A stretch of DNA of 38,256 nt from Octopus bimaculoides (lineage: Eukaryota): contig NC_068985.1 of the NCBI RefSeq assembly GCF_001194135.2, forward strand, positions 114,929,271 to 114,967,526, given 5' to 3'. Positions 1 through 10,474 of this stretch are shown here, piece by piece; position 1 is the first letter of the stretch; each line of letters starts with the position of its first letter. The notes under the pieces are model-generated. The model was not told the DNA's origin. It searched no databases and saw only the letters and a program-made list of their open reading frames with translations. The translations under genes and the position numbers were made by a program.

Positions 1-32
<32 letters not shown>

Positions 33-36
<4 letters not shown>

Positions 37-230
37 ATTGGAATTTACAAAAAGGAACAAAAGATGAAGACAGGTGTGCAAACAACAAACAGGTCTATTA
101 GTTTAACACTCGGGAAGGTGAGAAAGTCTTTTACGTTTCGAGCCTACGCTCTTCAACAGAAAGGAACATGACAAAATAAACAAAGAGAGAATAAAAGAAG
201 CTACAATGTTTAGCGGTTGATTATGGCAAT
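33..230 (-). mobile_element. ~200 bp hammerhead-bearing short element (retrozyme / Penelope pseudo-LTR-like), copy 1
   Basis: Homologous by eye to 3455-3648 (+) and 30516-30708 (-). Flanked by (TA)n. The minus strand carries CTTT-CTGTTGA-A-GAGCgtagGCTC-GAAAC-GTA-AAAG at about 126-164. Confidence 0.7.
126..164 (-). ncRNA. minimal type I hammerhead ribozyme motif, A6U core variant (copy 1)
   Basis: Stem I CTTT/AAAG, core CTGTTGA plus an extra A, stem II GAGC/GCTC, GAAA, loopless palindromic stem III ACGT, cleavage triplet GUA. Confidence 0.55.
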
Positions 231-361
231 ATATATACTTGTATGCGTATATATATGTATATCTATATATAGTTAATAAAAAAACATATATCAGTAAGAA
301 TCACACTCAAAAAAATATAGAGCAGTATTTATTACAACAACATTTTATACAGAATTACGAA

Positions 362-730
362 GGGTTTCCCACCCACAAAGCCAAAGCGTTGTGGATAAAT
401 ACAAATTTTAAAATATCTACATCGTGCAGGTGAGGAAACGCTCAGAACTCGAGGAATACCAAGAAAGTTATTGAGTACGGGTTACTTCCCCTTAATTAGA
501 GGTGGGAATAAAAACTTTATAGATTCGGAAAGGCCTAACGGGCAAACAAGGAAATCCAAGTAGTGCTTGAAGTGGAGACATTTAGGAAACACTTCGTTAC
601 GGTTGTTCAATGCGTCAGGCTTCTTAAAGTCCTTAAGAATTTTGGTTCTCTCCGCGATGCAGATCTTGCAACGGCCACTTCTTATTAATCTACAAGCCTG
701 GAAAGTCAATTAATTTCCACCTGACATCAC
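362..730 (-). mobile_element. Penelope-like retroelement 3' fragment (GIY-YIG C-terminal tail and 3' UTR), left arm of an inverted pair
   Basis: ORF 482-709(-) contains SGRCKICIAERTKILKDFKKPDALNNRNEVFPKCLHFKHY. This matches the RCxLCLxEKxxIL...LNxRxE..xKCxH tail typical of Penelope ORF ends. Confidence 0.7.
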
Positions 731-755
731 ACGGGGTCCCTTGATCTTTGAGGAC

Positions 756-1450
756 GTGAGATGTCAGGTGGAAATTAATTTTCCGGTCCCGTATATTAAT
801 GGAAGTGGCCGTTGCAAGATCTGCATCATGGAGAGAAGCAAAATTCTTAAGGACTTAACGTTTTTTTCGTATTCATCGAGTTTTGAACATTTCCTCACGC
901 TGCAACGTAGATATATTAAAATGTTGTATTCATATAGAGTCAGACGAGCTGTCCTCAAGGCTTTGGTTTTGTGGGTTTTGAGGAGTGAGAGAGGGAACGG
1001 TGAAAGGAAGAGAAGAATCGGGGAGGGTTGGGACGCAACATTTTTTCACTCCCTAACTAGCGTTCAAAATAATTTTTCTATCGTCTTGGCCTAACAGCCC
1101 TTACCGTTTGTTCTCACTGTTCTGTCTTATTTTTACTGTCTTGTTCTCACTGTCCTGTCTTTGTTTATACTTTCACCCTCCGCAAAAATTTCCAAATTTT
1201 AATTAATTTGCTTTCGGGAAGGACTGCTTCAACGAAGTCGCGTATTGTCCTTACCTTCGAAACACGGAGTAGAGATGGAACAGGGACAACTGAAGAAGGG
1301 TTATACTTTTTAAGTTGCATGTCTCGTTTCTCTGTTTTTTTCGTTGTTCGAAACAAAGTTCGTTTTCTGTCTTCGTCTTTATGTTTTCGTTTCTCATTGT
1401 GTTTAACGTTTTTTGTGATGTCCTGTACTCATATATTCTTGGATGTATAC
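756..1450 (+). mobile_element. Penelope-like retroelement 3' fragment, right arm of the inverted pair (right boundary uncertain)
   Basis: Encodes RCQVEINFPVPYINGSGRCKICIMERSKILKD. 756-860 is the reverse complement of ~626-730, and 868-975 of ~372-470. About 150 bp present in the left arm is missing here. Extension to ~1450 is inferred from repeat-like T-rich 3' sequence. Confidence 0.6.
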
Positions 1451-1537
1451 ATATAGATGTCGGTATGTACATATATGTATGGATATATGCATATAATTAT
1501 ATATTATTTATGTTACTATATATATATATATATATAT

Positions 1538-1580
1538 GTACAGGGTTGGCCAAAAGTCACCTTACAGTAAATCAATACCC
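1538..1580 (+). mobile_element. possible solo Tc1/mariner terminal inverted repeat
   Basis: TA-CAGGGTTGGCCAAAAGT directly after (TA)n resembles Tc1-type ends. No partner TIR was found in the window. Confidence 0.3.
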
Positions 1581-1978
1581 ATTTAATGCCAAAATTAAAA
1601 CAAAAAATATTTTATATGAGACTTCGCTAATAAATAGAAGAACGTGGGAAAAAGATATTGAATATATAGATCCATATTAGAGAAAACGATAAGGTGTCTA
1701 TAGAGACATAAATGATAGAGAGATAGTTTGATGCAATTATATTTAACAATGAGAAAACTAAAATAGCATGACAAATTGTTTCGTAACCTTAAAACATGTC
1801 GATAATTTATATTATTATATTTAATAATAAATTACTTACATGTGTGCGTGAAAGCAAAATGCACAAAATCTTTCAAAATAATGCAGAATTTAAGCTACGT
1901 CCTCAGGTGGAAGAAAGTCATAACTGAATTTTCTTACAGTTAAATAAAATTTCAGTAAATTATTTCTCTGTCATTTAT

Positions 1979-2017
<39 letters not shown>

Positions 2018-2212
2018 AAGTATGAGGGTTTAATTCACATGTGATCTAAACGATTAGGTACGCTATGTAAGTGCTGTAACGGATTATTAGGGCTCCAATG
2101 TTATAGCCGAGACAGTAGTTGTCGAACCATTGCAGATTTCCGATGCACCGGTTATATAATTGTTAACGAGGACAACAAACGTTAAAGCAACGCAAGCATC
2201 TCAAATTGTATA

Positions 2213-2418
2213 CGAGGGGGATCCAAAAATATCCTGGCTTTAAGGTCGTCGTGAAAGACCTGGTTGAAGGTCCAACCATCCGCGTTCATTTTCAGGACTT
2301 TTACAGGACCGCTGCAACAATTGCGTAAAATTCAGAAAGGAATATGTTGAATAAAATCATAACTGATCCTCTTGTATTTTCTATTACTCAAAGCCAGGAA
2401 CTTTTTAGCACCCGCTCG
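2213..2418 (+). mobile_element. internally deleted mariner element (MITE-like)
   Basis: 29 bp TIRs at 2213-2241 and 2390-2418 (23/29 identical) beginning CGAG after TA. Internal 2307-2354 encodes DRCNNCVKFRKEYVE*, the typical mariner transposase C-terminus. Confidence 0.8.
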
Positions 2419-2599
2419 TGTGTGTATACATAGATATATGTGTGTGTGCGTTTATGTGTGTGTGTGTTTATGTGAGTGTGTGTATATACATACATACATA
2501 CAAATATATAACAAATTGTTTATGACTGTGGCATTCTAAGTAGATAAAGCTATATATATACTAGCATATAGAATATTAGGTTAAAAAAGCCTCATTGGA

Positions 2600-2690
2600 C
2601 AGAAGAGGCTGGAGGACTCGAACTCACATTTGCTTTAAATATGAGAGACGTGCTACCATTTTGAAATACGAAGCCTTCGCATTGTCTCCA
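2600..2690 (-). mobile_element. degenerate tRNA-derived SINE head
   Basis: B-box-like GAGTTCGAGTCC on the minus strand with a weak A-box-like region upstream. No clean cloverleaf. Confidence 0.3.
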
Positions 2691-2810
2691 ACCATTTGTA
2701 TGCTTTGTTTTTATGACGAAAACAATACGCGTATACACACACAAACACACACACGTATACACACATTCAACTATAGCTATATATGTGTGCGTCTGCGTAG
2801 CTATCTATCT

Positions 2811-2814
<4 letters not shown>

Positions 2815-2887
<73 letters not shown>

Positions 2888-2933
2888 CACACACGTATAT
2901 AAACGTATAAATATATATACATATATACATATG

Positions 2934-2964
<31 letters not shown>

Positions 2965-3041
2965 GTATAGATATATACACACACAGATAGACACACAGAC
3001 AGACAAGCACACGCATATATATGTTTATATATATATATTTG

Positions 3042-3090
<49 letters not shown>
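2815..3090. repeat. (TA)n/(TG)n compound microsatellite
   Basis: Direct reading. Confidence 0.95.
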
Positions 3091-3092
<2 letters not shown>

Positions 3093-3454
3093 AGATTCGT
3101 ACGCGCTCATTTACAACCAGCTTCATAATGTGACACCATACGTTGCTCTTATGATGTTTTCTCTTTAACATAGTCACATCAAGTTTCATCAAACAACCAA
3201 CCGCCATATTTTCTTTCTCTCTTTTTTGTTTGTTTTGTGCTTTTGACACCCAATCATAGTTTGCTTAATTTTTACTTTCTGAAATAAAACAACAACAAAA
3301 CCCAGTCAAAAAAAAAATATAATGATAATAAATAAGCAAAAAAGGAAAACAAAACGAAACAAAAGAATAAAAAAGAAAAACAACTCGTCTTTACTATTGT
3401 AATTTTAAATTTTATGTCCTAAAAGAAAATTATACATATATATATATATATATG

Positions 3455-3648
3455 ATTGACCGTTGACTGAACACTATTCAATTTTTTTTCTCCGTGTTTT
3501 TCTCCTTGTCTCCGTATTCTTTCTGTTGAAGAGCGTAGCTCGAAACGTCAAAGACTTTCCGTATTCCCGAGCGTCATACTAATATATACTTTTGTTATTT
3601 ACACCACCTGTCCTCGTCTGTTGTTATTTTTTGTATAATCTCCCATAT
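3455..3648 (+). mobile_element. ~200 bp hammerhead-bearing short element, copy 2
   Basis: Homologous to the reverse complement of 33-230. (TA)n on both sides. Confidence 0.7.
3518..3554 (+). ncRNA. minimal type I hammerhead ribozyme motif, A6U core variant (copy 2, best preserved)
   Basis: TCTTT(3518-22)-CTGTTGA-A-GAGC-gta-GCTC-GAAAC-GTC-AAAGA(3550-54): 5 bp stem I, 4 bp stem II, palindromic ACGT stem III, GUC cleavage triplet. Confidence 0.6.
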
Positions 3649-4419
3649 ATATATATANNNNNNNNNNNNNNNNNNNNNNNNNNNNNNNNNNNNNNNNNNN
3701 NNNNNNNNNNNNNNNNNNNNNNNNNNNNNNNNNNNNNNNNNNNNNNNNNNNNNNNNNNNNNNNNNNNNNNNNNNNNNNNNNNNNNNNNNNNNNNNNNNNN
3801 NNNNNNNNNNNNNNNNNNNNNNNNNNNNNNNNNNNNNNNNNNNNNNNNNNNNNNNNNNNNNNNNNNNNNNNNNNNNNNNNNNNNNNNNNNNNNNNNNNNN
3901 NNNNNNNNNNNNNNNNNNNNNNNNNNNNNNNNNNNNNNNNNNNNNNNNNNNNNNNNNNNNNNNNNNNNNNNNNNNNNNNNNNNNNNNNNNNNNNNNNNNN
4001 NNNNNNNNNNNNNNNNNNNNNNNNNNNNNNNNNNNNNNNNNNNNNNNNNNNNNNNNNNNNNNNNNNNNNCTTTCTGAAATAAAACAACAACAAAACCCAG
4101 TCAAAAAAAAAATATAATGATAATAAATAAGCAAAAAAGGAAAACAAAACGAAACAAAAGAATAAAAAAGAAAAACAACTCGTCTTTACTATTGTAATTT
4201 TAAATTTTATGTCCTAAAAGAAAATTATACATATATATATAAATATACACACGCACACACAGAGTATAATTTAGTTTATTTGTTCGTTTGAAACGAGTCG
4301 TGGTTTTATGATTTTGTTGTCTAAATATATATATCTCTGTTTTTCATCAGTGACTGGGTTTTTTTTTTAACAAGAAATAAATTTTGACTTCAAGAAACTT
4401 TCTCACTTCAGATGTTTTT

Positions 4420-5440
4420 GTTGTTATACTTTTTTTTTGTTATTAACATTTTTTTGCTTTTGTTGCTGTTGTTATCACGTTTTCTTTCCACCACGACACA
4501 TCTTTCTTTATTATTGCTGTTGCTGTTGTTGTTATTGTTGTTCTTCTTCTTGTTGATGGTTTTTCCACTCGTCCTCTTTCTTCTTCCTTGTTGTTCTTGC
4601 TACTGATGCGGTTATTCCTTTTCATCGCCATCATCACTGTCATCCTCAACATCTCCATTTTCATCATAAGGATGATGGTGATGATGATGATGATGATGAT
4701 GACGATGATCACCTTCCTCTTCCGTTCCTTCCCTTTGCTCCCTTCATCCTCTATCCTCCTCTCCTACTCCCCCTCCTCGTCCTCCCCCTCCTCGTCTTCG
4801 TCTTCCCCCCTCCTCTTCTCCTCCTCCCNNNNNNNNNNNNNNNNNNNNNNNNNNNNNNNNNNNNNNNNNNNNNNNNNNNNNNNNNNNNNNNNNNNNNNNN
4901 NNNNNNNNNNNNNNNNNNNNNNNNNNNNNNNNNNNNNNNNNNNNNNNNNNNNNNNNNNNNNNNNNNNNNNNNNNNNNNNNNNNNNNNNNNNNNNNNNNNN
5001 NNNNNNNNNNNNNNNNNNNNNNNNNNNNNNNNNNNNNNNNNNNNNNNNNNNNNNNNNNNNNNNNNNNNNNNNNNNNNNNNNNNNNNNNNNNNNNNNNNNN
5101 NNNNNNNNNNNNNNNNNNNNNNNNNCGTCCTCCCCCTCCTCGTACTCCCCCTCCTCGTCCTTGTCCTCCTCCTCCCATCTTTCTCGTATTCCTATCCTCC
5201 TCTCTCCTTCCTCATCTCACTCCTCCTTTCCTTTTTCTTCATCATCATCACCCTCTTTAATCATCGTGATTATGATTATGATCATCATCATCACCACTAT
5301 CATCATCATTATCATCATCATCATTATCCTCATCACCATCATGTTCGTCGTCATCGTCATTGTTGTGTCGTCATCATAATTATCATCAACGTCATCATCG
5401 TCGTCGTCGTCATCATCATCATCACCATCAACAAATACCA
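4420..5440. repeat. compound trinucleotide low-complexity tract (TTG, GAT, CCT, CAT) spanning a gap
   Basis: Direct reading. Confidence 0.9.
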
Positions 5441-5531
5441 TTATATGCGTTCTTGTATGTATTCGATTTCAACATACTCCTATTTTAACCTGCCAAACTT
5501 TCCTTTGCCTTTGATTTATACAATCTTCATA

Positions 5532-5615
5532 TCTATCTATATAATAATCTGTTTGTTCGTTTGCCTCTTATAGTTAGTTAGAGAGGCAGAGTTGGAGTGA
5601 GTGAAAGGTAGAGTA

Positions 5616-5696
<81 letters not shown>

Positions 5697-6390
5697 TGGG
5701 AGAAGTGAAGAAAGAAGGGTGGAAGAAGTAGAGAAAGGTGATTAATATTAATACACTAAGGCCAAATGCCTCACGCGGTCAGCTGAAAGTAGAGGCGAAG
5801 AATGAGAGGAAAAGATGGCGAGAGTAAAATAGGTGGAGAGAAGTGTTAACGACTTGAGGTGGGGTGGGGGAAGGAATACATATTGCGTGGTTAAAAAGTT
5901 AACAGAGGAGAAAGATGAAGAGAAAGAGATATGTTTAGGATACAATATTTAGCAAAGGAGTGATGTTCTGTTGTTGAGGTTAAAGAATGTTAGATAGTCA
6001 GATAGGCAAGGAAGGAAGCTATAACGACCATCACTTAAAGCATGTGCATAAGTGAAATAATTTATCGTCTGTTCGCTTTAAAAAATTGATATTTGTTTAT
6101 AAGGATTAATTTAGCCTAAAACTATGTCTTCACAAGAAGTACAGTTGCAAGCTGCTCGAGAAAGGATGCGCAGATACAGAGCACGGATCAGAGAGGAACA
6201 GCGAGAAAATATAATAATAAGAGAAAAAGGACAACACCAACGGAGACGTGTAGAAATGAATGTAGAAGAACGTCAAGAATATTTAAAGAAAGTTAAACTA
6301 TGAATGCTTTAAAAATGTAAAGCATCCTTTCTTAAATAAGTCCTCTGAATTATTTTCACTCCGCGGAATTTTCACGGGTCCTTATTAAAT
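5532..6390 (+). mobile_element. putative non-autonomous Helitron-like element
   Basis: Starts TCTATCTATATAATAA (Helitron-type 5' end), has an internal (GA)n and an STPR-like mini-ORF, and has an imperfect subterminal hairpin CCGCG-gaatttt-CACGG near 6361-6378. The canonical CTAG 3' end is not seen. Confidence 0.4.
6124..6303 (+). CDS. 59 aa Arg/Glu-rich ORF with ~23 aa periodicity (STPR-like, Helitron N-terminal type); possibly a pseudogene
   Basis: Manual translation: MSSQEVQLQAARERMRRYRARIREEQRENIIIREKGQHQRRRVEMNVEERQEYLKKVKL*. It lies in non-microsatellite sequence and is below the ORF-track length cut-off. Confidence 0.4.
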   Translation: MSSQEVQLQAARERMRRYRARIREEQRENIIIREKGQHQRRRVEMNVEERQEYLKKVKL

Positions 6391-6409
6391 AAACCATTGA
6401 ACAACCATT

Positions 6410-6496
6410 CAACCCACAAACCCACGTAGTCAACCAGCCAACCAACCATCCAGCTGGGTCTCTCAATGAATCAAGCAACTAGCCAGCCAACCAACC

Positions 6497-6529
<33 letters not shown>

Positions 6530-6589
6530 GTCAATCGATCAATTGATCAATCAACCAAACAATCAATTAATCAATCAACCAATCAACCT

Positions 6590-6643
<54 letters not shown>

Positions 6644-6660
6644 CAACCAATCAATCAATC
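6410..6660. repeat. (CAAT)n/(CAAC)n tetranucleotide microsatellite
   Basis: Direct reading. Confidence 0.95.
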
Positions 6661-6922
6661 ATTTCATACCCCCCCCTCCAGTAATAATCACTACCACCAT
6701 CATCTCCTGCAACACTACTAGTATCAGCGCTATCACCACCCCACCCCTATCTCCACCATCAACCCTATCGCCACCACCAGCACCGTTGCTACCACTAGTA
6801 CTACTAGCACCAACACAACCACTATCTCCTTCATCACGACAATGACCACCATCACCATCACCATCACCATTACCACAACCAGCAGCACCACTAACACTGG
6901 CACCACTGCTACTACTACTACC

Positions 6923-6953
<31 letters not shown>

Positions 6954-7230
6954 CCACCGCTATCATTACCTACACCACTACCAACACCATCACCATCACC
7001 ATCACCATTACCACAATCAGCAGCACCACCGACACTGGCACCATGCTACCACCACCACCACCACCACCGCTATCATTACATACACCACTACCGCCAACAC
7101 CATCTCTTTTACCACGCCAACACCATCTCTTTTACCACATCAGCAACACTTCATTACCACGATGACGACGACCACCACCACCACCATCGCCACAGCCACC
7201 ACCACCACCACCACCACTACCAGCAACCTA
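6660..7230. repeat. (CAC/CAT/TAC)n low-complexity tract with an internal ~140 bp duplication
   Basis: Direct reading. 6846-6987 is repeated with divergence at ~6988-7095. Confidence 0.85.
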
Positions 7231-7534
7231 GTCTCCACAAGCACCATCTACTCAGTATGTAGGTTTAACACCAGAGAACATGTAAAAAATAACGCAACGG
7301 CTACCTAAAATGTTTGAATATTCACCCACCTCCTTTTTGAGATTGACTGACTTTGATGTTTTGGGTGTCAATAAAATGTCTATGCCTGAGTGTGTACAGC
7401 CACATGCATCCACGTACAAATATATGCGTGGTGTGTGTGTGTGTGTGTGGGGTGGTGGTGGTGAATGTGTGCGTGTGTGTGCCTGTGTGTGTATGTATGT
7501 GTGTGTGTATATATATACACACACACACACACAG

Positions 7535-7574
<40 letters not shown>

Positions 7575-7812
7575 NNNNNNNNNNNNNNNNNNNNNNNNNN
7601 NNNNNNNNNNNNNNNNNNNNNNNNNNNNNNNNNNNNNNNNNNNNNNNNNNNNNNNNNNNNNNNNNNNNNNNNNNNNNNNNNNNNNNNNNNNNNNNNNNNN
7701 NNNNNNNNNNNNNNNNNNNNNNNNNNNNNNNNNNNNNNNNNNNNNNNNNNNNNNNNNNNNNNNNNNNNNNNNNNNNNNNNNNNNNNNNNNNNNNNNNNNN
7801 NNNNNNNNNNNN

Positions 7813-7843
<31 letters not shown>

Positions 7844-8524
7844 ATGTATGTATGTATCTATGTATGTATATATGTATGTGTATATATATATATATAGTTA
7901 TTTATAAGAATATATACATATAATCAAAGGAAAATAAATATAGATATTAAAGCCAGGTTGATGCAATAAATTAATACACATGTATATATGAGTGTATATA
8001 TATAGTATATATGCAAACTTATAAATATATATATGCACATACACACATATCTATGCATATGTTATATACTGACAGACTCACAGCAATGGAACAAACGAAA
8101 TATAATATCATAATATATAGAAAAAAGAAATTTAAAGACGTAAGAAAACAAACAAATACGTCATCGAAACGAAACCATAATATTGAGAACAGTTCCTCTT
8201 TGTGATAGTCTCAATTCTGAAACGATGTAAAACTACAAGAAATAAGCTGTCGTGTTAGAAACAAATGTTTTCATTATTTTATCCATTCTTTTGTATATTT
8301 TAATGAAAGATAGGTCTCATGCTTTTTATAATTTTCTATGGAACATCTTTTTATTCTTCCAAATTCTTTCTTCCTTTATTTTCGTTCGTTCTCTCATTAT
8401 GCAAACTTACATACATGCTGATTGCTTCTTTCTGTCAGTTGAGTGCCTTCATTGAACCTTGTGCAGCCATGTGCACGAAGGTGGCCCATCAGCCCAGCTT
8501 CCATTCTGCTAGTATTGAGAAGCG

Positions 8525-8981
8525 ATATTTATCCCCAATTAAACGTTGATGCTCTGTTAGAACAAAGTATACTGCGGTAGTTAGCACGAGAGAAACTTTC
8601 ATGCAGGCTTTAAGTGTAGAATGCACTCTTGATTATATCACTAGAGGGGAGATAAATCCTTACCACCTCCAGAGCCGAGATCACCAGATAACGTGATTTC
8701 GACCTTCTTTGGTCTTGTAAGTGATGGACGCTTGACTTCTGGAGATAACAGGGACTCATTCCTCCGCCAGCGATAAAAAAAAAAAAATTAAAAAAAATAA
8801 AAACAGTGCCAGAACAGGTGCTGGTGTCACAATTAGTTACTGAACTTGTTAAAAAATATATATTAGCGACAGAAACAGAATTAATACCGAGAGGTATATT
8901 TATCTCCACGAAACGTTGATGCTGTGTTAGAACAAACTATACTACGGTAGATACCAGGGAGAGAAAGTCTCATATTGGCTT
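8525..8981 (+). repeat. pair of ~85 bp direct repeats 370 bp apart (8525-8609 and 8896-8981)
   Basis: Core 8541-8580 vs 8911-8950 is 37/40 identical (AAACGTTGATGCT.TGTTAGAACAAA.TATACT.CGGTAG). Confidence 0.85.
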
Positions 8982-9392
8982 TTGGTACAAAATGCTCTCT
9001 TGTTTATATCGCTCGTGGGGAGATAACTCTGCAAGTACGTTCACAGATGTAACACTTGAACTGTCTGTCTCTTGGTTTTACCGGCTGAGTAGTGACCTCA
9101 TGTATTTGAGTCGTGAGCTCATGATCAGACCGTCAGCTGATTTGCATATTAATCGATACTCAAATTTTCCGTGGATGACGTGGTATATTTTATTTTATAT
9201 TGTAGTCCATGTATACTTTTTACGTATTTTTTTTCATCATTTCATTCTCTATAAATCCCCACACTTTATATTTGTCTTCGTCGCCTTACTGACATAGAAA
9301 AGAAATCCTCCTCCCCCTCCTCCTCCNNNNNNNNNNNNNNNNNNNNNNNNNNNNNNNNNNNNNNNNNNNNNNNNNNNNNNNNNNNNNNNNNN

Positions 9393-9424
<32 letters not shown>

Positions 9425-9431
9425 GCTTTTT

Positions 9432-9516
<85 letters not shown>

Positions 9517-9517
<1 letters not shown>

Positions 9518-9730
9518 GACGGCGAACTGGCAGAAACGTTAGCACGCCGGACGAAATGCTTGGCGGTATTTCGTCCACCTTTACGTTCTGAGTTCAAATT
9601 CCGCCGAGGTCGTCTTTGCCTTTCATCCTTTCGGGGTCGATAAATTAAGTACCAGCGAAACGCTGTGGTCAATGTAATCGACCAGTCCTCTCCCCCAAAT
9701 TTCAGGCCATGTGCCTTTGTTAGAAAGGGT
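9517..9730 (+). mobile_element. tRNA-derived SINE, family A (octopus OK/OR-type), full length
   Basis: A-box-like TGGCAGAAACG and B-box GAGTTCAAATTCC. Body homologous to 29301-29533(-). Embedded in (TAT)n. Confidence 0.85.
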
Positions 9731-10474
9731 TATTATTATTGTTATTATTATTATTATTATTATTACTATTATTATTATTATTATGATGATGATGAGGATG
9801 AGGATGAGGATGAAAAAGTTTCATACGAGTTTCTACAGCCCCATCTGATGCACCTCCTTGTTTTTGAAGTTTGAGAGGATTAGGAAAATGAATATTCCCC
9901 GTTTGGTGTACTGCACCAGTTTTTTTTTTATGCTGTTAAGTTTCTTGTGATATTAGTATCTGTCCTGTTGTGTGTGGTTTGCGTAACGTGTGTCGTGTTA
10001 TTTTGGGGAGGCGTTAATGTGTTATTTTTTTGAGACTTAATGTTGCGTGGCATTTTTTGCGGGAATTGGGTTGCTTTAGGTTATTAGGTGCATGTCGTAT
10101 AGACTGTTTGTTGTGCATGAACATTGGGGAATTCTGGTTTCAGCACCCCCATATAACCAACCCCTCGTAACTTTATTTTTTGGAATGTTCAGAAAAATTT
10201 TGCGAATTTGTGTTCTACACACAGGAATTCATATGATTATGAAAAAAAGGTTTGTGTGTGTGGGATTTAAGAGCGATTTAGCATACGCCTCGACCACCTG
10301 ATACCGTCTTCGTTTCTTTGTCACTCTGACATTAATTGATGTCTTTCAGTATTTTTTTCCCCATAAACAAATTTAATGGAATGAGGATGCACCAAGGGAA
10401 GTTAAGCAACACATTTGGACTGTCATATTTTAAACTCTAATTTCGAAAAAAATTCGGAAAACAGTTGAGGTCAA

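Noticed and set aside
1218-1320. Possible hammerhead remnants in the Penelope 3' region (CTTCGAAACACGGAGT; CTGAAGAAGGG)
   Set aside because: The core halves are out of order or lack matching stems, and no coherent fold could be built. At best highly decayed.
3025-3249. 74 aa minus-strand ORF (MAVGCLMKLDVTMLKRKHH...)
   Set aside because: No recognisable motif, and it runs into microsatellite without clear splice signals.
4070-4240. Exact duplicate of 3275-3445 on the other side of a gap
   Set aside because: Identical and begins at the gap edge, so most likely a scaffolding or gap-fill artefact.
8319-8549. Possible exon after TTCTTTCTGTCAG (LSAFIEPCAAMCTK)
   Set aside because: Weak donor (GTGGCC), no recognisable peptide, and the 3' end overlaps a local direct repeat.
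9135-9155. Octamer motif ATTTGCAT
   Set aside because: A single 8-mer in 38 kb of AT-rich DNA is expected by chance, and there is no snRNA or promoter context.
9517-9610. tRNA gene
   Set aside because: A and B boxes are present but there is no cloverleaf, and the sequence continues into a SINE body repeated elsewhere in the window.
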